From contig JAUVCN010000002.1 in assembly GCA_030595715.1 (NCBI GenBank), forward strand, positions 1 through 57,638: a stretch of 57,638 nt of DNA. Direction: 5' to 3'. This DNA is from Thermoplasmatales archaeon. Its GTDB lineage: Archaea > Thermoplasmatota > Penumbrarchaeia > Penumbrarchaeales > Penumbrarchaeaceae. The notes beneath the pieces were generated by a model, which was not told the origin of the DNA, did no database searches, and was given only the letters and a program-made list of their open reading frames with translations. Positions 19,352 to 27,765 of the stretch are shown one piece after another; within the stretch, counting starts at the first letter, position 1; the number at the start of each line of letters is the position of its first letter. Position numbers and translations under genes: made by a program.

Positions 19352-20041
19352 TCAAACACCCGTTCGATCAGGTGACCATATTACCTTATGGGTCTGTATC
19401 ATGACCCTGACCCTGGAAAAGATCGATCGTTCAGTTTCATCATCATGGTCCTTTATCTTATTGATCAGTTCTTCCACTATTCTGAAACCCTCTCTATTAT
19501 CGCAAGGGGTCATGATCAAATTGCATGAGGGTCTGTGATCCTTGATGAAAGAAATGGCATGAACAAGATCATTTTCATCTTTGATGATGAATTTTAACTG
19601 ATCATTATCCAGTAATTCGGATAGATTCCCCACAAGAAAGCTTTTTCCTTCGCCGGATGAAGGCAATTTCACATCCATCGATATCATGAGGTCATCTGTT
19701 CTTGTTTCAATGATGGAAATATCCTGAGCCCCATTGGTCTCAACATCCACACGATACCCTTCTTCCGACAAATAAAGTATCAATTGCATAACATCATCTT
19801 GCAATAGAGGTTCTCCTCCGGTTATGCAGACAAGATCGATCTTCAATGACCTAACACTATCCATTACTTCATGGACATCCATCGATTCTCCCGAATCCAT
19901 TGATAACGCATATTGAGTATCGCACCAGGAACATCTGAGATCGCATCCCGCCAATCGGATGAACGTGGTTGGTATCCCGCTGTGTATCCCTTCACCCTGT
20001 ATCGATGAAAAGATCTCATTTACGATCAGTACCATCTTCAT
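19352..20041 (-). CDS. queE: 7-carboxy-7-deazaguanine synthase (radical SAM)
   Basis: 229 aa. IFSSIQGEG, FIRLAGCDLRCSWCDT radical-SAM cluster and ITGGEPLL. Overlaps queC by 4 nt. Confidence 0.9.
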   Translation of the reverse strand: MKMVLIVNEIFSSIQGEGIHSGIPTTFIRLAGCDLRCSWCDTQYALSMDSGESMDVHEVMDSVRSLKIDLVCITGGEPLLQDDVMQLILYLSEEGYRVDVETNGAQDISIIETRTDDLMISMDVKLPSSGEGKSFLVGNLSELLDNDQLKFIIKDENDLVHAISFIKDHRPSCNLIMTPCDNREGFRIVEELINKIKDHDDETERSIFSRVRVMIQTHKVIWSPDRTGV

Positions 20042-20712
20042 TCCTCATATTCCAATGGATCATCCATACCTACTTCTTTGAAACCATTTGATCTGAACAA
20101 GCAGGTATCGCATCTTCCACACGCTTTTTCTCCTCCGGTATAACATGACCAGGTCAGGCCATAATCGATCCCAAGGTCGATACCTTTTCGGATTATATCT
20201 GCTTTCGACATATCGATGATCGGTGTTCTGATGTCAATGGGTTTCCCAAGAACACCTCTTTTTGTGGCAAGTGATTGGGCCTTATCGAAAGCCTCGATGA
20301 ACTCCAACCTGCAATCCGGATATCCGGAATAATCCATTGCAGTAACACCTATGAAAACCGCATCCGCATCAATAGCCTCGGCCCAGCTTACCGCCATGGA
20401 TAGGAATACCAGGTTCCTTGCCGGAACATATGTATTAGGTATTCCTTCCATTTCCGATACAATACGATCAGTTGGAACGTCTGAATCATATGTCAAAGAG
20501 GACCCTGAAAAGAGGCCGTTCGGAAGCTTCATTATCCTGTGTTCCTCCACCCCCACCGATCCTGCAATATCCTCTGCACTCTTTATCTCCCTGTCATGTC
20601 TTTGTCCGTAAAGTATGGTCAATGCATACAACTGGAATCCTTCCTTCTTTGCCATTGCCAGGACCGTAGACGAATCCAGTCCTCCGCTCAGAAGGACCAC
20701 TGCTTTTTTCAT
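20038..20712 (-). CDS. queC: 7-cyano-7-deazaguanine (preQ0) synthase
   Basis: 224 aa. PP-loop VVLLSGGLDSST and C-terminal Zn site SCYTGGEKACGRCDTC. Confidence 0.9.
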   Translation of the reverse strand: MKKAVVLLSGGLDSSTVLAMAKKEGFQLYALTILYGQRHDREIKSAEDIAGSVGVEEHRIMKLPNGLFSGSSLTYDSDVPTDRIVSEMEGIPNTYVPARNLVFLSMAVSWAEAIDADAVFIGVTAMDYSGYPDCRLEFIEAFDKAQSLATKRGVLGKPIDIRTPIIDMSKADIIRKGIDLGIDYGLTWSCYTGGEKACGRCDTCLFRSNGFKEVGMDDPLEYEE

Positions 20713-20715
20713 GCC

Positions 20716-21210
20716 TTATTCGCTCCTCATTTCTTGTGATGCCCAAGCTCCCTGTCCCAATCCTTCATCAATTCCAAGTTCGATCTTTGTGATATTGTCC
20801 TTGAACTCGAATTCATCGATCAATCTAAAAAGAAGATATTTGGACATCTCCTCAACGGTTGTTGTGGGTATGGGTAGATACTTCACGTCGGATGTTGGAA
20901 ACATGTATCGCTTTCCGGCCATGTTCACCGATACGGTAACATCATTTTCATCAATGCTTATGGATATATCCTTGTTATCTGTCGGTATGAGGGTCATATG
21001 GTCCAGATCATCCGCGAAATGCCTCAGGGCCTTCTTTATCTCTCCAAAATCTATCAACATGTTGTCTCTGTTCATTGATCCATGGATCCTCAAATGGATA
21101 CAGTATGAATGGCCGTGCAGCCTCGAGCATTTATCATGTCTCAGGAGCATATGGCATGCAGAGAACTTTATACCCGTTTTCCATCCATCGAGTTCCAGAC
21201 GCCTTTCCAT
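20716..21210 (-). CDS. queD: 6-carboxy-5,6,7,8-tetrahydropterin synthase
   Basis: 164 aa. PTPS motifs FSACHML and CSRLHGHSY. Confidence 0.9.
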   Translation of the reverse strand: MERRLELDGWKTGIKFSACHMLLRHDKCSRLHGHSYCIHLRIHGSMNRDNMLIDFGEIKKALRHFADDLDHMTLIPTDNKDISISIDENDVTVSVNMAGKRYMFPTSDVKYLPIPTTTVEEMSKYLLFRLIDEFEFKDNITKIELGIDEGLGQGAWASQEMRSE

Positions 21211-21231
21211 GGCCTTAATAGAGTCTCAATC

Positions 21232-22830
21232 TTAAAGATTGTTCTGTGTATCAACTCTTTTGATGAGCCATTTCCTTGCCGGAATGGCTATTATTAGCAT
21301 AATGATCGGTAACACAACTATGGGATTCAACAAAGGTAATTCGGCCAATCCTTGTTCGGACCCCTGTAGATTACCCGGTTCGAACTTCTTGTCGACATAC
21401 CTTTTGATCTTGCCATGTTCTTCATATCTTACAGAGTTGAACGATGTATCGATAACAACCTCAACGAATGTAGGATGTTTCATTGAGAAGTAATTGTAGT
21501 ATCTGTCCAGGTTGTATATGGTCCTACCCTTATCATCTTCGATATAGCTGCCATTATCTATCCAATCGGTTATCCTGAATGGATCCCGGAAGAGGAATTC
21601 GAAGTTAACAGGATCGATCGGGGCAATGACCGGTGTACTAGATCCTTTTTTAGGTATCACCACATTGAACCAGCCGTGACCGCCCCATTGCTGATTATAT
21701 GTGTCATATAGATATCCGATCTCAAGCCAGGCGGGGATACCCACTGCGCGGCAGAACGATGCCATGAGCAGCGATTGATCATCACAATCACCATACCAAT
21801 CGGTTAGACATCCTGATGCCCATTTCGGCATGTCACCATAGATCCTTGAATCCCTTATCCTCTCCTCATCGCTTGTATAGTTGAAATGGTCTGTCATCCA
21901 ATTATAGATGGCCTTCACTTTCCCATAGACCGTCGGCTCATCCCGGGTTATCGTTTCCGCAATTGACTTGATCTTTGGATGCGAAGGATTGTATCTGTAA
22001 TGGTCAGGTATGCCATTGTTATCCTCATCTTCAATGTCGCCATTCTTAAGGACCGGCCAATCATCTTGAAGATAGGTATTCTTGTATGATTGTGGAATAT
22101 CATCTATTGTACCAGAATCCTCTTCGGTCATTTTCCATTCATATGTATACAGCCTCATTTCATATCTAGCGATGTAATTGTACAAGCCAGGTACTCGGTT
22201 CTCCTGCCTCCATCCGGATAGCACATTGAACTCATTGTTAAAATCAACCTCTCCTTTCGTCGGTGGAGGCGTCATCAATATACTTTCCACATCCTGAACA
22301 ATGAAATCCCTAGTGCCGGTTTGCGGTTCCAGGGGAATATCAAAAGGTGTGGCTATCTGGATATCAATAAGATCGGCCGCTCCATTTCTTATGGTAACAT
22401 CGAAATTCAGTTCAACAGTTACATTTACCCATTCAGGAAGGTTCTGATAAGGTCTCATCAGGTCCTTAAGAGAATCCAATCCGGCCGCATCCCTGATATC
22501 AGTTAAAGGTTGGACAGGCGCAAACAAAAGAAAAACAACGATAAAGGTTATCAGGATCCTTCCTGTCCATTTAACAACAGGGTGTCCTATGAATGGCCTT
22601 AGACCCTTATCCCGTTTTTTCCGTCCTTTCTTCATAGAGCTCTTCTTCGAACCCTTCGACCCTTGTCTCCTTGAATTTGAATTGTTTTCTTCTTCATCAT
22701 CAAGATCTTCTTCTTCATCATCAATGATGTCATCTATCTCGTCTTCCTCTTCGATAATATCGTCCCAATCATCATCATCATCGAGGATGAGTTTCACCGC
22801 TTTCTTCCTGGCCATTGTATACCAACCCAA
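21232..22830 (-). CDS. Transglutaminase-like (Cys-His-Asp core) membrane protein with an acidic cytoplasmic N-terminus
   Basis: 532 aa. N-terminus KKAVKLILDDDDDWDD..., basic patch, TM, extracellular domain. TGase core WYGDCDDQSLLMASFCRAVGIPAW ... GGHGWFNV ... IDPVN. C-terminal TM. Confidence 0.8.
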   Translation of the reverse strand: MGWYTMARKKAVKLILDDDDDWDDIIEEEDEIDDIIDDEEEDLDDEEENNSNSRRQGSKGSKKSSMKKGRKKRDKGLRPFIGHPVVKWTGRILITFIVVFLLFAPVQPLTDIRDAAGLDSLKDLMRPYQNLPEWVNVTVELNFDVTIRNGAADLIDIQIATPFDIPLEPQTGTRDFIVQDVESILMTPPPTKGEVDFNNEFNVLSGWRQENRVPGLYNYIARYEMRLYTYEWKMTEEDSGTIDDIPQSYKNTYLQDDWPVLKNGDIEDEDNNGIPDHYRYNPSHPKIKSIAETITRDEPTVYGKVKAIYNWMTDHFNYTSDEERIRDSRIYGDMPKWASGCLTDWYGDCDDQSLLMASFCRAVGIPAWLEIGYLYDTYNQQWGGHGWFNVVIPKKGSSTPVIAPIDPVNFEFLFRDPFRITDWIDNGSYIEDDKGRTIYNLDRYYNYFSMKHPTFVEVVIDTSFNSVRYEEHGKIKRYVDKKFEPGNLQGSEQGLAELPLLNPIVVLPIIMLIIAIPARKWLIKRVDTQNNL

Positions 22831-22910
22831 TGAAGAATGAATTCCATTCCGTATGAATAAAGAGAACTGGACAGCTATTTAGACTTTAGGAGTAAAATAT
22901 CATATGAACA

Positions 22911-23819
22911 TCAGAGCTTCAAACGGATGGGGACTTCCAATCTCGCCTCATTTCCCTTTCCATCCCTGGCACTGTACACGACCCTGAAATTCTCGAACTC
23001 TGATGTACTGGATAATGAGCCATTTGCGACAGACAAGCTTACGATGTACATGTGGTCCGATCTTACATCATCTTCTGATATGAGCCACCTTTCATCCAGT
23101 TTGTTGGATACATTCTTATCCTGATCGAAATCCCCATCGTACCTGCCGATCGTGATATTCATCGAACCACCCTCCTCCATGTTTACCCAGCTTCCATCCG
23201 AATTTTGTCGCTGGAAGATAACACTCTTTTCATCAAGTTTCCAGTTGTCGGTGATCGTTGAATATATCCTTATCTCTTCGATATCTTCGATGTCGGTAAT
23301 AGAAATGAAATCGGTCTTCTTATCATCTAGATACATATCGTCTCCAAGATAGTGATAGACATGATCGTCTGCAACCATCACTTCTATCAGTGGTTCCGCT
23401 ATCGTAGGGTCGGCAAAATCCGAAAATGGGGGGTTCATGGACAAAAGCCATACAGCGAACCATGCAACAACATACATGAATCCGTTCTCCAACCATTTCT
23501 TCCATTCAAGGTTCTTCACATCGATACCGAACCTGGTGAACATATACACAGCGACAAATGCGAAGATAACGGGTATTATCAAGGGAATTGTAAATAGCCC
23601 TCCCACACCCATAGAATGTAGCAGGGTCATGAATCCAAAAGTAACGATCCCCGCGACAAGAGCGGTTGCTAGTGAGATATAGATCAACTTGGCTGACCTG
23701 TTCTCTGTCTGGAGGAATTCTGTCTCATCGAATTCCGGGGGTTTAAAGGCCGGACGTTTCTTGTCCTCTTCCGGTTCTTCCTCCTCGGATTCCTCCCTGA
23801 TTATCCTTCGCTTTGCCAA
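22911..23819 (-). CDS. Hypothetical 3-TM membrane protein with an extracellular beta-rich C-terminal domain
   Basis: 302 aa. Charged N-terminus MAKRRIIREESEEEE, three hydrophobic helices, ~170-aa C-terminal domain. Lies co-directional between the HerA-like and TGase-like genes. Confidence 0.65.
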   Translation of the reverse strand: MAKRRIIREESEEEEPEEDKKRPAFKPPEFDETEFLQTENRSAKLIYISLATALVAGIVTFGFMTLLHSMGVGGLFTIPLIIPVIFAFVAVYMFTRFGIDVKNLEWKKWLENGFMYVVAWFAVWLLSMNPPFSDFADPTIAEPLIEVMVADDHVYHYLGDDMYLDDKKTDFISITDIEDIEEIRIYSTITDNWKLDEKSVIFQRQNSDGSWVNMEEGGSMNITIGRYDGDFDQDKNVSNKLDERWLISEDDVRSDHMYIVSLSVANGSLSSTSEFENFRVVYSARDGKGNEARLEVPIRLKL

Positions 23820-23888
23820 AATGTCTCACCCACCGGATGTGTGTCGGGACCATTATATCAAAGATTAAAAACTTTTAGGTGACGAGGA

Positions 23889-26800
23889 TCAAAGGGCCAT
23901 ATCAGGAGAATCCATGATCTCTTTCAGGAAAGGTGTCATTGCGTTATCAACCCTACCTGAAACTCCGTCGACCGCCACAAGGCGGATCCTTCCTTTCCCC
24001 GCTATCTTTGCGATATAGTAAGGATACATTATCTCATCTAACTGAAGTATGGTAAGATCATCGGATAATATGCCGATCAACTTTTCTCCATCCTTTCTGG
24101 TAATAAATGGCTTAATGAACGGTTCTTCCAATCCTTCCACCCAATCAGGATGGATATTCGGATCCTTTGACCAGGGCTTCTTAGGTATATCCATATCATC
24201 GGAAAGAAAGAACAGGTTGACATTTCCCTCCAATGACGTCCTATCGACAATTCCCTTCTTCTGTAACGAAGTTAGGGACCTTCTCACGTCCTTCAGGGCA
24301 AGCTTTGCTCTTCTCGCGATCGTGAGATCTTCCCTTTTCCGGTGGTTGACCGCACCGTATACCTTTGCCTCGATATCTGTCATCTTCAACAATTTCAATA
24401 GTCCCTTCGATCGATCCAATCCGATCCTTGAACCGATCACTATCTCGCCTGATATCGCATCGATAAAGAGGTCACCTTCCTTCTGGTCCCTGAAAAGTGA
24501 CCCCTTGTATCCGAGAAGGAATCGATACAGGGGGATATAGGCCGGAACTATCTCCTCTAGATTCTCTTTTGGACCTCTGAGAAGTGATCTCTTGATGGTC
24601 TTCTTAGCAGATTCCGATGCGGTCTTCGAACCGATGATGGGGATCACAGCAACCGCTTGCTTACCTCTTTTAAGGACCTTCTTCTTCATCTTATTATGTT
24701 TCCTCTCAGCCTCTACTGGCGGTAAGGCCTTTTGAGGACCCACTGGTTCTTTCTTCCTTTGTACCTTTTTAATAGATCTTGCTCTTACATCTATGGTCTC
24801 ATCCTTTTTCTCGTGAATGTCCATTCTTTCTTTCATTTCCTTCAATTCGGATCTCAGGATCGATCCCATCAGATCAAGGCGATCTATGTTCTCTTTCCTA
24901 TCGGCCTCCATCCTCTCAAGTATCTTGATCAGAGCCTGGTCCCGGATATCATCACGGTGATAAGGTATCAGCTGCACCTCCTTCTTCATATTCTCCACTT
25001 CGGAAATGAGCTCCTTCAATTTCCTGTCACTCTTCCTTTTCATTTTCTTGTTGGACTCGTCATCCCATTTGAGGACCATACCCCTGACGCTTGTTTTCCT
25101 GCCGGTTTTGCCCTTTGATTTATCTTTTTTCAATTTATCCTCAAGCTCGTCGATCTTTCTGACCAACTTCTCATTCTCCTCTCTCGCTTCTTTGGTAGTG
25201 TCTACGAGGTCCTGGATTCGGTCCTCTTTATTGATCGATCTGTCATCTTCCGTTTTTATAAGTTCCTCTTCATGATCCAGTATCCTCTCGAGCAGTTTTC
25301 CTTCATTTCCATCCTTTGACAGACCAAGGACATCACACATCCATCTGAGATCTTCCTTCAAAAGTCCTCCTTCATGTTCTGGTTTGACCTCATCGATTTC
25401 GACTTTTACCCCTATCTCATCTTTACTTGATCCCGGATCGATCATGTCTTCCAGAGATCCGATCCGGATATCGGCCTCGGAAGCTATCATCGCTATGGTA
25501 TCTTTATCCATCCCAAGGTCAGCTCTCATTATCAGGTTCCCTTCGTTCACTATTACCTTCTCATGCAGGATCTCCAACAATCTTTTTACGGGTTCCTTTC
25601 CATTGTTGGCAACTATATAATCGAGTCCATCAAGCAATATGATCCTCTGTTTACTGCCAGAAAGGAATGAACCGGACTCCATGGAAATATCCTGAAGGGA
25701 TGTTGGAGGAATATTATCATCACCGGGTGTGGATGATAACCAGAATCTCTTTTTTATCTCTAGTGCAGTGCCAACAGGATATAGGTCCGGAGGCATCCTC
25801 GAGAACAGTACCGCGTTTCTATCAGCAGGAAGAGAGTCAAGAAGCTGGACCATAACCTCCTTTGATTGGTCGGTCACAAGGATGACCTTGCCTTTTTCAA
25901 TGTGAACTGTTGGATGTGTCTCCAAAACATCCTTGGGTCCCTTTGCCATGATCCCTTTTCTTATTGTTGAACCTGAGCCATCGGATCTTTGTATTGCTGT
26001 TGGTCGTGAAACGTCCGACCTTCCTTCGGATATGGTGTAATCACCTGAAATTGGGACCTTCTGAATATGTTCGACCTTCCTCTCTATGAAGGCCTTGGGC
26101 ATCGCTGATGATCCTGCATGATGGGAGAACCTTGGTCTTATCTTTAGCAGGAACGATCTCTGCTGTGTCCTCTGGTCTGCCATTATCCCCGTACCAACCG
26201 GTATTGCCCTTATGAAATCCGAATTGGCAAATTCTGCAGGAAGTTTTGCAGGCACCCTTCTTCTGAGAGCGGTCATATCATCTTCAAGAGCGAGATTGTG
26301 TCCGATCAGAAGATCGACCTGAGATAGGATCTCATCCGATGTAGAGGCTGGCCGTTGGGTTGCAAGGACCAGTGCGCAACCTGGTCTCCTACCCTGTTTG
26401 GCGTATTCAACCAAGGCCTCCGTAGCAGGTGTCTGACCTTTATGTGGAAGGATAATGTGTGCCTCATCGATCAGCAGCCAGGTCACAGGAATGATATCCT
26501 GGTCAAGTTCATCGTAATCCTCTCTTTCTTCCATTCTGGCAGAATGTATCCTTGCAGACAGTATCTTTCTTGCGACTATTCCTGTTATCAAACTTCTTTT
26601 CTCATCACCCAATCGTGGATCGCTTACATCGAGGATCGTTACTCTATTGGATGAACTGACCTCCTTGAGAGGTGTTCCTTCAACACTGAAAACACCCCAT
26701 GCTGAAGCCGCGTTGAACCTTGCAATGATAGATCTTCTTGTCTGCGGTGTGAATCCACCCGTTTTGCTGGTTATCGTGATGGATGTTTCTATACACTGGA

Positions 26801-27554
26801 TTATATCACCTATCGAATAAAGGTTCCTCCTTCCGGAAACATGGACTATCCTTCCTTCGTTCACTGAATCGTAACCCTTTCTAATCTGATCAATGACAGA
26901 CCCTATCAAAAGACCCTGGGTCTTGAACCTTGTAACATCAAATACCTGGCACCAATCTTCAGTTTCCATCTCGGAGACGCTTATCGAAAATATGCCATCT
27001 ATCGATGATGTGGTCTCCCCGAGTGAACCTTCCGGAACAAGAACCTTGACCTCTGGAAATGAATGCGGTTCCAGCCCCCATCTTTTCAATATCTCCTTTT
27101 CCTTCTTCGACCTGTTCTCGTTCTTCATCGACCAGAATATCCCGATCGGGTCGATCATAACGACCCCGACACCAATTGATGATCTTATTAATTCCTCTGC
27201 GAAGATCCCCAGAGTATATGATTTACCACTTCCCCTTTTTCCGCAGATGAAAATGATATGCGGAAAAGCAGCGTCGAGGAATACCTTTTTACCAAAAAGG
27301 TCCACTCCGGTGTCCTGATGTTCCCCTACTGCACCTATCTCGAGAAGTCCCTTCCTTCTCCATTTTTTGTGAGCCGATCCATTTCTTCCCAATACAACAT
27401 AGCCATCTTTATCGTCGATCAGGGGAACAAGAGGTGCTCTAACCCTTAGTATTCCTTCCTCTTCAATATCTATCGTCCACGGATCATCCATGTTATCTTC
27501 CTTTGAAGCCGGTGATCCCATGTCAGATCCTTCTACCCCATCCGAATGATCCAT
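23889..27554 (-). CDS. Multidomain HerA/FtsK-superfamily (DUF87-like) ATPase fused to a DUF835-like module, a possible SAP/HeH motif, a long coiled coil and a C-terminal wHTH-containing region
   Basis: 1221 aa. Walker A FICGKRGSGKSYTLG (aa 103-116), Walker B WLLIDEAHIILP (aa 359-370), ATQRP. DUF835-like RIILLDGLDYIVANNGKEPVKRLLEILHEKV (aa ~600-700). LRWMCDVLGLSKDGNEGKLLERIL (aa ~736-760). K/E coiled coil aa ~770-930. wHTH-like LTIARRAKLALKDVRRSLTSLQKKGIV (aa ~1076-1103). Confidence 0.8.
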   Translation of the reverse strand: MDHSDGVEGSDMGSPASKEDNMDDPWTIDIEEEGILRVRAPLVPLIDDKDGYVVLGRNGSAHKKWRRKGLLEIGAVGEHQDTGVDLFGKKVFLDAAFPHIIFICGKRGSGKSYTLGIFAEELIRSSIGVGVVMIDPIGIFWSMKNENRSKKEKEILKRWGLEPHSFPEVKVLVPEGSLGETTSSIDGIFSISVSEMETEDWCQVFDVTRFKTQGLLIGSVIDQIRKGYDSVNEGRIVHVSGRRNLYSIGDIIQCIETSITITSKTGGFTPQTRRSIIARFNAASAWGVFSVEGTPLKEVSSSNRVTILDVSDPRLGDEKRSLITGIVARKILSARIHSARMEEREDYDELDQDIIPVTWLLIDEAHIILPHKGQTPATEALVEYAKQGRRPGCALVLATQRPASTSDEILSQVDLLIGHNLALEDDMTALRRRVPAKLPAEFANSDFIRAIPVGTGIMADQRTQQRSFLLKIRPRFSHHAGSSAMPKAFIERKVEHIQKVPISGDYTISEGRSDVSRPTAIQRSDGSGSTIRKGIMAKGPKDVLETHPTVHIEKGKVILVTDQSKEVMVQLLDSLPADRNAVLFSRMPPDLYPVGTALEIKKRFWLSSTPGDDNIPPTSLQDISMESGSFLSGSKQRIILLDGLDYIVANNGKEPVKRLLEILHEKVIVNEGNLIMRADLGMDKDTIAMIASEADIRIGSLEDMIDPGSSKDEIGVKVEIDEVKPEHEGGLLKEDLRWMCDVLGLSKDGNEGKLLERILDHEEELIKTEDDRSINKEDRIQDLVDTTKEAREENEKLVRKIDELEDKLKKDKSKGKTGRKTSVRGMVLKWDDESNKKMKRKSDRKLKELISEVENMKKEVQLIPYHRDDIRDQALIKILERMEADRKENIDRLDLMGSILRSELKEMKERMDIHEKKDETIDVRARSIKKVQRKKEPVGPQKALPPVEAERKHNKMKKKVLKRGKQAVAVIPIIGSKTASESAKKTIKRSLLRGPKENLEEIVPAYIPLYRFLLGYKGSLFRDQKEGDLFIDAISGEIVIGSRIGLDRSKGLLKLLKMTDIEAKVYGAVNHRKREDLTIARRAKLALKDVRRSLTSLQKKGIVDRTSLEGNVNLFFLSDDMDIPKKPWSKDPNIHPDWVEGLEEPFIKPFITRKDGEKLIGILSDDLTILQLDEIMYPYYIAKIAGKGRIRLVAVDGVSGRVDNAMTPFLKEIMDSPDMAL

Positions 27555-27685
27555 ATCTGATCTCTCCAGGTCCCTTGGGTCCTTGTGGGTGATAGTTATC
27601 TGATGACTAATTATTTTCCATTGGAAGTTATTTGATTTTTTAATATATCATTCATCATAATGTTCCTTGAAATGATAATTCTCTT

Positions 27686-27700
27686 AAAAAATTATATAAA
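27686..27700 (+). promoter_or_regulatory. Putative TATA box for the K/E-rich coiled-coil gene
   Basis: aaaaaattatataaa lies ~70 nt upstream of the ATG at 27766. Strong SD ggaggtga at 27754-27761. A second TATA-like element for the divergent HerA-like gene is at ~27636-27650 (tgatatattaaaaaa on the minus strand). Confidence 0.45.
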
Positions 27701-27765
27701 CTGATTGTTCCGTTAACGTCTGTCTTACGAATGGGAGTGAGCACACTTCACATGGAGGTGAAAAT

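Noticed and set aside
23889-27554. Canonical HerA-NurA DNA end-resection pair.
   Set aside because: There is no NurA-like nuclease and no Mre11/Rad50 gene adjacent. The ATPase carries unrelated C-terminal fusions. It is therefore treated as a distinct HerA-superfamily member.
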